The notes under the pieces were generated by a model. The model worked only from the letters and a program-made list of their open reading frames with translations, did no database searches and was not told the DNA's origin. Below are positions 1-14,383 of a stretch of 64,000 nt of DNA, in pieces. Every line of letters starts with the position of its first letter. Positions within the stretch are counted from its first letter, which is position 1. The stretch comes from Pocillopora damicornis. Its lineage: Eukaryota. Position numbers and translations under genes: made by a program. The stretch lies in NCBI RefSeq assembly GCF_003704095.1, contig NW_020843717.1, positions 62,001-126,000 of the forward strand, given 5' to 3'.

Positions 1-116
1 TTAACTACAGTGACATAACATGTGGGTAAAGACTTGACCACAACTTATGTCGGAAAATGATTATAATAATTTTAAGTCCTGTAAGAAAAAATATTGTGGT
101 TTTGTATTTCTCCAAC

Positions 117-1141
117 CTGGTACTCCTGGTGTCCCTGGTTGCCCTGGTGTCCCTGGTGGTCCAGGAGGGCCCGCGGGACCATCCCTGCCGTCCCGACCAT
201 CTCGTCCTGTGATAAATAAACATCATTGTAATTAGACATTTATTTTCATAAAAGAAATAATAGCTTGTACGTGTTAACCAGTGATATCAATAACTCCGTG
301 TTTAGACACAGGCTTATTTTAAAGTCTTAACTTTCTTACCACCAGGGATTGACCTTTTATTATAAGTAATATGTTTCTACACGTTACATGGTAAGGAAAG
401 TTGTTTAACTATGGGTGTTGTTTCTTTACCGTCGCATCGCAGATTACCTCGCAGTACTTCCGGTGTCCGAAACAAGTCCCTGGGAGAAGACTTGTTTTCC
501 TTGATTGCCCTGCAAAAATTGCAAACCATCTTTAAATTCCAAATGTGATGTACCGTTTACGGACCGTAATCTGGTTATTGGCTTAATCAGAAAATGCCCG
601 AATTTGTTATCTTTGGATAGAATCTTGAAACAACGCAGGTGATCTGTTACATTTTTTCGTTATTATCAGAAGATAAACGTCTCCTGAACACAACAAGGCC
701 AGTTTAAAACTTACTTATTCCAATCAATCAGTGTCGCCATCACTAGTTACCTTTACAACATTTTGTGGTTTCCGTCATCTCATGACAACGACAACTTTGA
801 CATACAAAGTGATCTCACCTGAATTCTAGAATTTTCAATCTTTTCTCGAGACTCTCTAGACTCAAGGCCAACGATCTCCTTTTCCTTATAAGCAAAGTTT
901 TAACATGAGCCCTTTCATCTGTGTCACTCTGCATTCGACTTGTGGCACAGAACTTCTTCATTGTCTCATCCGTGACCATCTTCTCTTCGATCGAAGCTAA
1001 TCTCTGTTTCATTTGAACGTGCTCCAAAACTAAGAAAGCCAAGCACGAGAAAACGAAGACGACCACTGCCGCGCAAAATATGAATCGGACGAACTTTGAA
1101 AAGCTATCCTCTCCCTTGAGTTGCTTTCTTTCTTGATCCAT
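117..1141 (-). CDS. Type II transmembrane collagen-like protein, 5' part (exons 1141-819, 509-430, 206-117; continues left of window)
   Basis: Exon 1 has a short N-tail, a hydrophobic TM (FIFCAAVVVFVFSCLAFLVL), coiled-coil-like segments and a furin-type RKRR site. In-frame GT-AG splicing leads to a Gly-X-Y exon GRDGRDGRDGPAGPPGPPGTPGQPGTPGVPG. Confidence 0.8.
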
Positions 1142-1738
1142 GGCATTCGCTCATAGAAGGAAAGAAATGAGGCCAGAGAAGTTGAGCAAAAATTTAGTAC
1201 TTCAAACTTGTTCTGTCAACAAACTATGGACTTTGTTTCATCCCAATTTATCGGGAGATAACCCTGTATACAGAGATCACCACTGACACAGGAAGATGGA
1301 CTTTAATCAGTCATCCTAAGAGAAGTACTACTAGTCCTCACGATCCTACTAGAGCATTCATTTTCTAACAATGATTAAAATCTGACTTCTCCTTCCTAAA
1401 TCATGGCATTTGAGTGATAGATGACCAAACAATGAGGATATGCAGATAACCATCCAATATCCAATGAATGGGTCCTATCCTGGGGCTGCAGAAAATTCTC
1501 CGTTTCCTTTTGAACTTTTCCTTTACCAATTTATTTCAGAAGCAAAAGGAAAAGTTATAATTGAGTCTGAAAATTTAAGCTGGCTGGATTTTCGAATTCC
1601 TCTAGCCCTTTCAAGTTGAGATATACTTCATGGCAGTGGTTTAGGTTTTAGAACAGCCCATTTTCGATTTTTTACAACCGATGAGGGAGGTGGGAAGGAA
1701 TTCCTGGCAGCTTTCTTGAACCTCTTGATTTACATCAA

Positions 1739-2938
1739 TAAGGGAAGGTACGTTTTCTCTTGGGAGGGGGGGGAGGGGTCGGGGCCTCAGAGGGGTGGGT
1801 CATCAGTGAAAGTGAGCACCAAAAGGGGAGGGTCATACCTCTTTGTAGGCTATTCAAAGGGAAGGGTCACACACCTTTCCCATAATTTTTTAACGAGGAT
1901 TTTTGTGATGTTGCTTTCCATTTTTCTTACAGATTTAGTTTTTCTTTTCATCTACTTTGATTTAATTTTGTGTTTTACTATCGGTTCTTGGTTACATTTC
2001 TACATGTATATTATGCCACGGCACATAGTTTTCTCGGAGGAATTGTGTCCTTTTCCGTCCGTATCAAGACGTACTAGACTCAGGTATCGTTCCTTCAGCT
2101 TCTTGCTCCTGTTGACTATCCACTGCCTAATCTCCAGAATCATTTAGTTCTGAAGATTTACTACTAGATCCAACAATCCGCTTTACCTTGTCACAGCCAC
2201 TGTTAGACTCTGAATTTGAGCCAGAGGCTGGCTGAATGTTGTTCCGACTGTCCTGCACCGTAGAAGTCAAAATCTTACTGCCAATATGTGCCTTCACCAC
2301 CCTCACTTTCTCATCTTTCTTTCCTTTCAATGCAATATTGTGATGATTAATATAAAGTTCAAGTTCACCTACTCAAAGGGATGACAACTGGTTTCTGTGA
2401 TAGTCAGAAACCAATTGTTAGGGATGACAACTGATTTCTGTCATTATCTGTTCGCCGCTTATCTTTTCTTATTTCAATGTCAGTTAGATGCTCAATATAA
2501 TCTGCAACAAGCTTTTCTGAAACAATATATTTTTCAGAAAACTCTTTGATTGCCCTTTTATTCCCTGCTTTAAGCTAACCCTCTTGAAACATCTATTTTA
2601 TTTGAGTTCGAGGCTGATAATCATCAGGTTTGCGGCCACTCGTAGGTGTTTTCGCACTTGGTAGGTGGTGAAAGTCGGGAAGTTTGCTGTAATCGGGATA
2701 GGGTCGTGCAGTTGGTTTAGCTGGAGAAGGACTTACGTAGTCTCAAAGTTTATACTTCCATATTCAAACTTCAGCTGTAAAACGTAAATATCCCGCACTG
2801 ATTGTTCGCATTTTCATGTTTACAGCTCGCACACATTCAATATCGAGATATATTTATATTCAAATATTTAGCGTTCACAAGCGAAATGTTCTGAGGTTTC
2901 TACCACATGGAACATACCATGTAGTAGTGAGGGGAGGG
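1739..2938. mobile_element. Probable non-autonomous DNA transposon; right end lost in assembly gap
   Basis: Begins TAAGGGAAGGTACGTTTT followed by G-rich subterminal repeats (GGGGAGGGTC). The same GAGGGGAGGG motif recurs right at the N gap. There is an internal ~22-bp direct repeat near 2378/2420. The family is not confirmed. Confidence 0.4.
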
Positions 2939-3120
2939 NNNNNNNNNNNNNNNNNNNNNNNNNNNNNNNNNNNNNNNNNNNNNNNNNNNNNNNNNNNNNN
3001 NNNNNNNNNNNNNNNNNNNNNNNNNNNNNNNNNNNNNNNNNNNNNNNNNNNNNNNNNNNNNNNNNNNNNNNNNNNNNNNNNNNNNNNNNNNNNNNNNNNN
3101 NNNNNNNNNNNNNNNNNNNN
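2939..3120. other. Assembly gap (N run); a second 10-N gap lies at 5551-5560
   Basis: Run of n in the sequence. Confidence 1.
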
Positions 3121-3374
3121 ACCAAGCGTCTTCAGGCGTTTTTCCGACCGCGGTAAGGTTTGAGACGAGTCGGGGAGAGGTTTGCTTGGGGTCTGGCAAT
3201 GACTGCAAATCAGTGCTTTCCTGCTTCAGGATATTTCATGTAGTTTTATATGACATATATATCGATAATGGATATGGAGAACTGGGCCTACACAACGTGT
3301 CTTTCAAATTTCGAGAAGGCCATTGCAACTTCCTTTCTTAGCTGCTATTTGTCAGAAGAAGGCAGAACTTCAGC

Positions 3375-5560
3375 ATGTCGATGACATTTGTGTCTGGACG
3401 ACAGCGTTCAGAACCTACTCAACAAACAGTTCAATCGGTAGGTAGAAGAGCTGTTAAGCTTGTTGTAGTATTACAGTCAGGATTAACGTAAACTACAAGG
3501 CTTAAGCCTGTCATAATTTTTCATTGATAGCATCAATTGTTGTTTACACCTGTCTGTACATTCCCTTTGATCGAAGATGTTTTTCTCGAAGGATTTAGTC
3601 TTTGTAAAATTAATTTACTCTTTCACTTGCATTGCAATATCAATGTTTTAAAAAATCAGGTTTTTCTTTAAACAAGATTACTTTTTACTTAAAACTTAAA
3701 TTCGACTTTAATTACTATACATCTTCCCTATTAAAATAAGATGCTTTCAGCAATTTTCTGAATAGCTTAGGGAGCTCGTAATGGTTACTTCGTCTCAAAG
3801 AAATGATAAACGTCTTCATTCTGTGCAATTATGGGAGATATGTGACACGATCTCTTTGTGTAAACAAAACTTGTGACAATACTGTAGATCGGTGAAAGTT
3901 GAAGGACGTTTACGAAACCCTGTGTTGTATCTAGAAGGTACGGTAAGTAATACATCCCATCGTGTGGTCTACAGTCATGCAAGGGTTATTAATATTCTGA
4001 GATATGTCTTTTTGCACTCTTATGTCATGAACACTCAGCTGTGAACAACCTGTTTCAGAAATGTTTAAATCAAGTCTCTCCATTGCCTCTTTTGTGAGTG
4101 AATATCAGCCTGAATATAAGTGTCTGATCTCATGCACCATAATTTTTGTCTTTCAGCTTCTAGATGAGAATTCACAACTTATTCAGGTAAATAGGTGTAC
4201 ATACATGTGTCTGTTTTAGTTCAGTTCATATCCCAGCAAACCAGTTTACTTTTGCATGGCTTTCGTTACAGTTATGGGAAGGTGCTCATGACTAATTGCC
4301 TGGGGTGCTTATGTATGGAATCTGAGTTTAAGAGAAGGGCTTAATCATTAAGGGAAGAGGGGTTTATTTGGAGAGTTAGAGTTATGTAGTTTGCCTTAAA
4401 AATCCAAGTTAATGTAGCTGGCCTATAAAAACTTGATAATGATCTTGTCCTCCATGGAAGTTTTACAGCATTTAGTCAAGGTTTAAAAATAAGAGAAACA
4501 TTCATAGAAGACTTGTTGCATATACATGTACAAGTGCTTTGTAAGTATGTGAGGTTATTAACCAAAAGAATGGGAAGAAAGCAATCTGATCTGCCTTCTG
4601 AACAATTTGCTGTTAGCTGGCAGATCCAATTTTAAACAAATTATAATAGCAGCAAAATTAAAATGGTGCTGTTAAAAAATGTCTAATGTTTTAAGTGAGG
4701 AGACAGTACTTATTTGAGGAAAGTAATTTATTTTAATTCTTGGGAAGGGATGGGGTGTTCAATCAAATATGCTATTGGTGTATACATCAGTTTGTTGCAA
4801 TAAATATGACACTGCTATACAAGAACATTTTGGTTAGTATTCACCATTACAAATTGTCTATCCCTTCTGTAGGCTATTGTTGATTATCAGAGTAAAGGGA
4901 AAGCATATGAGTGCACACAGTAAGTAGTATCACTTTACAGGGATTTTGTTCATTAAAAAAAATGTTAAGTCTGTGCTCAAGCTGAGTGACTCATCTGGCA
5001 TGAGTTAATCCCAGTATTTGAAGCACAGAATGACTAGAATTATTACCACACCCCCCTGAATGGGATGCTAGTCCATGCCAAGGTTACCCCCTCCACCTCC
5101 ATCATTTTATCAAGCTTTCCTGACAACTTGCCATGGTCTCTGCCCCATTTCATTCAGGAGTTACTCGTTTTACTTTCCCTCTAGATGCATGAAATTATCT
5201 GATCATTTTTTTTGTTTCTTTGTTTTGTTTGTTTCCAGATACCAGCAACTTTTGCATCGTAATCTGGTGTACTTGGCAACATTAGCTGACTCCACTCAAA
5301 GCATGCAGAACACAATCCCAGTATGTGAATCATTAGTGAAATGGCTTAACTGGGCAGCAGTAGAATTTTAAGAATTTTGAATCGTTGTGGATTTTGCTGA
5401 ACACAAAAATTTTCCCACCAAAAAAGTCTTGCAAACTTTATGGCCCAAAAAATGTTTCTACCTTCATTCAAATGAAAAATATTAAGTGAAAATAAATGTC
5501 AGCCCTTCAAATTTGATAATGTTACTAAAAAGTTAGGAAAGTCCTTTTTGNNNNNNNNNN

Positions 5561-5599
<39 letters not shown>

Positions 5600-6952
5600 A
5601 AAGAAAAAAAAGAACAAGAAATACTCTGATTGATTGTCACTTTCATTTTATATGGGTGTTAACCCTCCATCATTGGTTATGAAAACAGAGGTGTTAGGTC
5701 AATAGAGTACAAAACCTGTTTAAAGTTGCGTCACTTAAGTAACAGGATCAGTTTTCAGAATCTTTATCTCTTTCATTTTGAGAGCAGTGGAACACAGTTA
5801 GAAATTCTGATTGTAGCTGTTAGTCTCCCCTGCATGTTGGTTGTAACATTACATTGCCTTGCTCATGGACATTCTGTCAACAGGCTCCTGGCTCACAGAG
5901 TAGTTCCAATAGACCCCCAGCATCTGCAACACCACCATCTGGGGGTGGTATGCACGGCCTTCCTGATATGACACCAAACTCTGGTACATCCTCAGACATG
6001 ATGCCAACTTCAGGAGGATTGAATGCTGGAATGCCCTCAGGAATGAATGACCCAATGAAATCCAACATGCCCCCACAACTGGGAGGAATGAGTGGTCCTA
6101 CCACTGCAGGATATGGTGCCAGTTCAGTTGGTGGGATGGGACAGTCAACCTCATCCCCTCCTCAACTTCAGCATCCACCCATGACAGCGCAGAGTCACAT
6201 GGGTTACCCGAATCCCTCTCAAAGCCAACAGAGTCGACCGGTAGCTCCACCAACCATGTCGGGACCAATGGGAAATTTACCTCCACAGGTTCCACCCATT
6301 CAGTCTCATGCTCCTCCAGCTATAGGTCAACACATGATGTCACAGAATCAACCACAGTCTCAACAATACATGATGCAGCAGAGGCAGATGCAGTTCAGAC
6401 AAGGTGCACCGCAACAGGTAACCCAACTTTTCCAAGTCTCATGTTGCAATTCTTTTTTCTTCCTTCATGCTTTACTTCCCTTATTTGTGTTTCTCCTTAC
6501 TTGAAAATTAATGTTTTAACCAATTTATTTATCCCCTTTGAAATATTTTTTTGCAGATAAATAACACAGTTAGATAAAATGGTGATCATTATCATCACAA
6601 ATTATATCAAATTGCCTTAAAATTTTAGACATAAGAGAATAATGATGATATCACTATTGTTGTGTCGTGCATGTAGATGCCTCAGCAACAACAGTCGCTT
6701 TCACACAGTCACCCTGGATATGGGCCACCTAGCTCAGGAGGTTTGCCATCAACTGGTATGATGCCAGGGTATCCCTCACAGCAGCAAACACAAAGATTCA
6801 ATCCTTACAGACAGCCTCCTCAGCAACAAGGCTTGTCACACATGCCATACCCAACCCAGCAACAGCCAGGACAGTCAGTTATGGGTCAGCAACCACCAAT
6901 GGGTCAGACACCTGTGGGACAGTCACCCATGCAACAGCCACCACTTGTATAA
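3375..6952 (+). CDS. SS18: SS18/SYT (SSXT-domain, BAF complex subunit) homolog; exons 3375-3437, 4157-4186, 4873-4919, 5239-5320, 5884-6417, 6677-6952
   Basis: The spliced N-terminus reads ...LLDENSQLIQ-AIVDYQSKGKAYECTQ-YQQLLHRNLVYLATLADS, the SSXT/SNH domain, followed by a Q/P/G/M/Y-rich low-complexity region. Confidence 0.92.
4969..5150. repeat. Degenerate SINE-like dispersed repeat fragment in SS18 intron 3
   Basis: GGGATGCTAGTCCAT...TTTATCAAGCTTTCCTGACAACTTGCC resembles the copies at 15240-15535. Confidence 0.5.
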
Positions 6953-9673
6953 CATGACTTGTCACAAGTCTGTAATGTGACACAATTTGTTACAAGATCA
7001 TGTGGCTGAAATAGTTACAAATTTATGTTGCAAACATGGTTGTGGAAGTGTTACACCCAGTTTGATAAGATCTGGATCAGAAGTACCACTGCCCTCATGA
7101 CATATGTTCTAGCTCTGCAAGTGTATCCAGCCACAACACATCATCTGAATGTCTACATGAGGTTCTTTAGAAGACTCTCTCAGGGAGATATATCCTATGC
7201 TAGCATCAAACTGACTCTATTAAGAAGATAAGGTCGTTTTATTTATCAGAAATTACGTGGAAATTATAAATCTTTCTTGTCAAATGCTTTCTATAACCTC
7301 TCCCCTTCACTTTCACCACCTGCCCTTGTAATGTGGTTCAGAAAGTACCCTTGTTGAAACAAATGCTTTGGTATTTACAAGCCTGGGTTAATAGGTCACA
7401 TTGTATATTTAAAACTTCCTGTAAATAATATTTAGATTTCATGGTTTACTTCAATACGGTAAGTTGTGTTTTGTTTGCACAAAGGCAAGGTATACAAGAA
7501 TTAGCAGAAATTTTTCTTTTAAGAATTTGAGATATTTAATCTTGTAGGAACAAAGGTTTGTCACCAGAGATGCTGAAATCTATTTTGGGAATAATTTTTG
7601 CAATTTTCTGTTTAAGCAGAAAATGAAGATGGTAAAAGCGAAATTTTTCTAGAGTCCAACTTCAGGTTAACAGGAGGACTAATAAGTAATTATTTGAAGT
7701 TGAGCTTGATATCACGAATGATTAATGCCGAGGTTGGAGTTATTGTGCTCAAACCAAAGGCTTGGGCAGATAACACAGACACAAGGTTTGATAATTCATG
7801 ATATCATGCAAAAACAGAATTCAGTAATTGTTTTATTATACATTTTTAAACAATTTGCAAAAGAAGACACCTCTCTCCAAGTTGGCAAAAGTTTGAGAAC
7901 GCTACAGATGAGGAGCTTGGAAATTAGTCAGACTTTGAACTTGACATGATATCTACAGATATTGGGTTATTATGTCAACTTCATGTGCTGTTGTATATTG
8001 ACTGTATGCTCTCAACCAATCAGAGTTTTCCCAGTAAGTCTAGTGTATAATAACTAAGATCATCAGTTGAGTATTGTGTGGAAAAGGTTTGGTGACAGGA
8101 TCTGGACCGAACGAAAAAATAATGGTGTTGTCATGGGCAACCATCCTTGTTTCTAATGGTAACCAAATCTCATATTGTATCCCAAGAGCCACACGTCAAC
8201 AATGACCCAAAAGAACTGACATTGCCAGTGGAAACTGAGCCATTCGCTAGTTACAAACAGATTTAACATCAAATCATGATCACTAAACTTCTGTTGTCTC
8301 TCTCAATTGAAAATCATAGTTGTAGTAAGAGTGGAAATAAAGAATACAATTTGACATTTGACTTCCATGCCAAGTTTTTTGTCAGGCTGAAAGTAGTCAT
8401 TTAATGGGGCATGTCAATTTCTGAATCTAATCTGTGTACACCAAGTAAAGTTTAGAGACCCAGGTACTCAAAACTACTGAAACAGTGAAGTGAAAAACTT
8501 AGTTTGGTTTAGTGTGGTTGAACATGAATGGGGTGAAATGTCACAAATAACTTTTGTGAAATCTACTTAGATAAATTATATACTGCACTTGGCTTAAGTG
8601 CAGGGGTATTTACAATCAATAACCCTGCAGAAGCCTGGTACTTGAAACCATCTTTGGTCCAACTTTATCAGAGCAAGAAAACCTGCCTAAGGAGTTTATT
8701 CTATTGTTTGTGAAAGTCATTCTTTTTGTCTTAAGGAGCCATGTTTGTAGGATGGAAGATTGCAACAGTTGTGCAACAAAGATTCTCTATCTCACAAACC
8801 ACTGCAGCCCTCAATTAACCATTTTCACAAGAAAATGCTAGAAAATAGATTGTCACAGCCACAATTGAACAAGCAATTGGAAATTGTTCATTTTTTTATT
8901 TTGGTATGTTCCTTTAATGTTCAAATATTTTTAGAAATGCTTGAAGACTCACTTTATTGAAGATTCTTTCCCAGAGAAAAAAAACCTTTTAAATTAAATT
9001 AAATCATTGTTAAACACCCCTACATTGTATGTGTTGATAATAGTTAACTACTTTAAAGTTCACAACATTTGTGCAAATGAAGAAATTCAAAAGGAAATAC
9101 CGCAAAGAAACCATGAATTGCTTAAATGTATGTGTGTAGAAAAATTATACCTCTTGTAAACCATTACATCTGTGATAAATATTTAGTCCATGGGTACCCA
9201 AAACATATCATTCCCAAACATTTTTATTAGTATAAGCATTAATAGCAAGGTGAAAATAACAATTTCTGTTTGTTAAAGAGGGTCACTTTGTGACACAGCT
9301 GTGAAATGCAAACATAACTTTAATGCATGACATATCTTCTGACATTTATTGTATACACGAAGCCAATAATGATACAATAATATTATGTCTTAGAAATACA
9401 GCATGTACAAAATTATGAAAGAGCCATATACAGCTATGCATTCATGGTATTTTCTTGTCAAAGAATATCATTCAGCAACTGGACATTTCTACAAAACTGA
9501 TCCCTGACTGCAAAGAGCTAAGATTAACCACAACACTAGAAACAATAAAGTCTGTGGTCAGACCACAATTAGTCATTCCATGACTCCAAAAAAAAAAAAG
9601 AAAGCAAAAAAGAAACCCAAGTAAATAAGAGAAAGAAAACCAGAAAATTTTTTCAAATTAATTATCAGTGGCT

Positions 9674-10819
9674 TCATGCTTTGGCAGCTGCTTCACCATC
9701 TCCTCCCTGGAAACAAAGACATGAAAAGAAGAATTAAATAAATGTCCACAACTATATCACTGCTTTACCACTGTAGATTTCCACTGCCCTTTCTAAGAAG
9801 ACAAGACATCTTCCAACAGAAGATTGTGAAAGTTTTGGTTCTGCATTTGTTTTTTTCACAGCCAAGGTTTTCCACCCCAAAATTTATAATCGGTCAACAT
9901 CCTGCTGCTATGTATAGTAACTTTAACAACTTTGTTAATCAAACAACCTCGTTACAAAAATAAAATCATATTTCTCTCTCTGAACAAAAACCATGACAAT
10001 TTCCTACCATAGCTGGTCCATTGGGTAGATTTCTTGGTAATTTGTCATTACCATTAATGGATTGATCTACATAGGACCTTGAGCGGTCACCTCTGGAACC
10101 ACCACGCCCACCACGCCAGCCTCCACGTCCTCCTTGACTACTGCCATCATGTCCTTGATACCTATTTCCACCTCTGCCACCTCTGTAACCTCCTCGACCT
10201 CTCCCTCTTCCTCTCCCTCGACCTCCACGTCGCATGCCACCAGTTACTCCAAAGGTCTCCATGTTTACTTTACGTTCTTGCTGCCATGAAGGGTGAGCCC
10301 TGAGAAAAGAAATCAATTTTAAAAATAGCTGATTAACACTCCACTTCACAATTGTTACCTGTAAATTGTAAACAAGGACCACTGCAAGAGAGGTGTGGTA
10401 AAGTTAAAAAAAATGAAAGACAATACCGTCTATTTCTGTTTCTGTCATTTGCCTCACAGGAAATACTGTCAAAGAAGGATTTGGAACTATCATAATAATT
10501 GAGAGGGCTTGAAGGTTGAGCATCACTAGCATAATTTTCAGGTGCACTGATTGCTTCACTTTCATCCTAGAAATAAGAACTCATCATTAGTGACACAGTC
10601 AGTGTTTAGCTTATACCCCATTCACACCAGCAAAACATGTTTTGTTAAACTGGTTTTCATTGAATGAAAATTATAAACAGAGAACTGAAAAACTTGATTT
10701 TCCATTGGATTCAAGTACTTGCTAACTTGCATTTCCAATGTGCTACATTCAAGTCAAAAATATTCGGTTAAATAGTTTCTATGAAGAAAAAAAAAATTAA
10801 ACTGTGTTTAACAAAACAA

Positions 10820-10850
<31 letters not shown>

Positions 10851-13800
10851 GGGGCATTAGTCAGAAAAATTACTTTGTACGCACATTAAGAACTCTTGGG
10901 GTTTTAACAAGGTACAGTGGTAAGGAGAGCATTCCAACCTGATCACACTTCCCTTCCAGTTGAAGATTTACTCTAATCAGTGTGCAAAAGCAAGGTCTTT
11001 TCTTCTTCTTTTTTTTTTTAAGGTAGAAGTTTGGCAAATGCTGTTACTCAAATATAAATTTTGTAGTGGACTAGTACAATTTCAACAACAAAACTGATAC
11101 CTATCGTAATAAGTTATTTAGTCTAGAACATAGGTAGTCACTCCCTCACATAAAAGCAATAAACAAATCATTTCCAACTACGGCCTACTCAAGAGGTTCA
11201 ACCACATAGCAAAGGACTGTCAAAACGTATCCACAATAAACCTTTTAGACAGGAAAAGTAGTAGCTCTTTAGGGTTCAGCATCTTTAAGATCCACTATTC
11301 ATATGCAAAGAGTTTTTAGCCAACAAACATCATTCTTATAATCAAAATTAATTTATGCCTACAGGCAAGTGCAGATAAGTGTAACTCATTACCTCGTCTT
11401 TCAACCTGAGGTTTTCATAGAGCTTCTGCTGTAGTTCCTCCTCAATTTCTTCTTTATTGAACTTAGCATTTGAACTCTCAAAATCAAACTCGCCCTCAAA
11501 TTTAACAGGACCACCAACTGTTCGTGGTTTGTTGACTCTTGGACCAGATCCTCTTCTTCCCTGTGGACGACGATTACCCACTAGAAAAAACAATTTGGTA
11601 TAAAGTGAGATTGGGAATACTGCAAATAGAATAACAGTAAAGTCACCAACAGTTCAACTCGCCAATGCCAACTCACCAAGAAGAAGTTAGAAGTTAAACA
11701 TATAGAAAAGTTAAATATCTTTCGTAAACAACAATTTTTTTTCTTCAACAAAGTTTATAAGGATCTCATTCAGAACTTCTAGTTGTAATTTTTAAACAGT
11801 TGTTACAGGGTTTAAATTAATTTTGGTTTTAGAAGCAGTTTTAAGTTCTAGAATCAAAGTGAGACACTTTTGACACAAAACTATTTTCCTCTATGACAAC
11901 TTTGTCCTTTTCTCTGTGGTTGTCGGAGTAACCTTCAGAAATGATAACTGGCCATATAGCTTACTTCGAGACAAGCCTGGTGGTAAACATAACTCTGTAT
12001 TATGCAATTTTTTCCTTTACTTTTTTTTAGGTTTGATGACTCTAATTTTACATCTAGAGCCCTGTCGCTTATAAAACTTCAAAAGTTTCAGCTGACTCTC
12101 AAATTTTACTGACTTGAAATTCATGATCATGCCATGGATGTGAACCCCATTGATATGCTTGTTAAATCACAAGAATCTCCACTCATTTAATACATTTGGC
12201 AAAGACCAAAATTAATGAAGAGAAATTTACAAATGACATTCAATGCGAGATTATTCACTGAAACCACAGTTAACTAAGTGAGGTGAAAAATAGAGTCTTT
12301 AAGACAATCATGAAATTATTCTGGCTATATGAAAGTATCATCATCACTAAGTTAAGTGCAAACAAGTTTCGTTGTAAAATCATTAAAATATCATGTTTCC
12401 CAGACCTTGTTTCTGTTTCTGAGGTTCAGTGGACTGGGTTTCCTCCGTGGGGTCTTTATTAAAAGTTTCCTTATCTACTACCTCTTGTTTCTTCTTCTTC
12501 TCTTGAGATGCAGCCGTTTTGTCTACTGAGCCTCTTCTTGACGATGGTCTAGAAGATGGTTTCTTCTTAGCCTGAACTGTTTGAGTTCCTTGCTGAGCTG
12601 TGCTTTTATCATGAGCGGCATCCTCCCTTTTATCCTCTGTTTTAGAAGTGGATACCACAGGTGTTACAGTTTCTGGAGATGGTGTATGACTGCGAGACAA
12701 AGGTACATGTTGAACTGTTGGTGGTGTGGATATCCTTGGAGGCATCATAGGACCAGGTGGCATCATTGCTGGATGTGGTGGAATGGGGCCTGGCATTGGT
12801 CTGTGTTGTGGCGTGTAACCGCCATATGGCGAACCAAATGGAGGATATGTGGTTGGATGAGGTGGGAATGATACAGGAGCAGGGAAATGAGAATAGCCAG
12901 GAGTTGGAACTCTTGAACTACCAGACTAGCAAAACAATCAAAATGGAAATAAAAAGTAAAAATTCAAATTAACATCCTAAATGGTAGGAAAAAGAAAATG
13001 GAGAGAGCGATTGTTCATTACACATTGCCCTGACAAGGGGCTAATGGTGTTATAGTGGTCTACTTATCTTAACTGATTTAATAACCACGTATGTGTATAT
13101 TTTGCCCATAAGCAAATATCAGTTTTTAAAGTTCAAATTTTTTTTCCAAAATGATCTTTTATTTAATGTCTGATTTTTAAAATTCTTCTGCTGTTCATGG
13201 TAGCACACTCCAAGAGAAGGATTGTGACACTAATTGTGATCAAAAACCAAAAAACAAAACAATTCTACAAGCTTATCACAAATTCCAGGATATAACCCTG
13301 GTTGTCATATCTGATGAATTTCATATTAAATAGTAAATTTCTTTTGTATATGAGCTGGTTATAAACTACCTAGTTTGCATTTCGGCTTTGAAACCTCCAT
13401 GTTTTTACTTACCAAGACATTTACCTAATGTTTTGCTTCTCAATGAATTTGAGTTATTCAATTTGTTTTCAAATCCTAAGATACTACTGAATTGAACTCC
13501 ACTCGCTCATTCTGTTTGCTTCCACATCCATATTTTTGGTTTAGTAAACATTACGTCTTGTCTCGTTTGCTAGATATTCCAAAATTTTTTCTCGCTTTCG
13601 ATATGACTAGGTGTAACTTAACAGTTCTGTAGCTTGCCCAGTGCCTATATTACGTTTAATTCAATCGATGGAATCATTTCGACTAGCACAAGTTCTTAAT
13701 TTTTTTTTTAAGAATACAAGTCTTGTCACGTAATTATATTTTTTCACACGTACGATGTAAATATGGCGTTCGTGAGTGGACTTATCTGGGCATAACAAGC

Positions 13801-14383
13801 TCAACCCATTAAAGCCATGACAAACTTTATGACCTAAGTACGATTTAAAATCATGTTGACTTAAGCATTTATTTTACTGTCTCTTTCAAGCCGGAACTGA
13901 AAGTGAATGAATTGTTGTTGTCAAACAACTTATTTCCGTCACTTGACTTAAAACAAAGAATTCGCTGCGAATTCGAGCTGTAACTACACATTACATAGGC
14001 TTCCTGCATGACATACCTGGACAATGGCTGGGTCCTGAGGTAAATGCGACTCAGCACTTATTACAGTTAGATCTTTGATGTCCTGTCCTCGAAAAACAAT
14101 GTACTCGTAAACCTCGTCCCTTGGAGGAACCCTTTTAGGCGCCTCTCGGTCTTCCGTTCCAAAAGAACGCACTGCAAACAAAGCAAAAGGAGAGAACACG
14201 GTGAAAAAAATGTAATATCCCAACAAAAACAGAAAAACATAGACCAATGCCAGAAAACTAACCCTGTGCTAACGTCACAACAGATTCCTTGGTGTCAATG
14301 GAATACAAAATTCCCTCATATCTAATTTCTGACTTGGAAATTAAGCTTATTTTAGTGCCAAGGTATGGAGTTCCCGAAGACAT
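9674..14383 (-). CDS. LSM14: LSM14/RAP55 (Scd6 family) P-body protein; exons 14383-14263, 14171-14017, 12925-12406, 11580-11393, 10566-10427, 10299-10008, 9706-9674
   Basis: LSm domain [30 protein letters not shown]...VRSFGTEDR...[15 protein letters not shown]; FDF motif ([16 protein letters not shown]); FFD box ([10 protein letters not shown]); TFG box (NMETFG); C-terminal RGG repeats. Confidence 0.95.
10614..10856. mobile_element. MITE (PIF/Harbinger-like) in LSM14 intron
   Basis: Perfect 14-bp inverted repeat CCCCATTCACACCA (10616) / TGGTGTGAATGGGG (10854), with TTA just outside both ends. Confidence 0.65.

Noticed and set aside
1716-2147. 143-aa ORF
   Set aside because: Non-ATG start, no recognisable domain, and it lies inside a probable transposon end.
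2816-3208. ORFs spanning poly-X
   Set aside because: Artefacts of the N gap.
7681-8055. Possible dispersed repeat or ncRNA between SS18 and LSM14 (a similar-looking tract lies at 60675-61066)
   Set aside because: It looks repeat-derived, but no TIR, TSD or second copy could be shown within the window.
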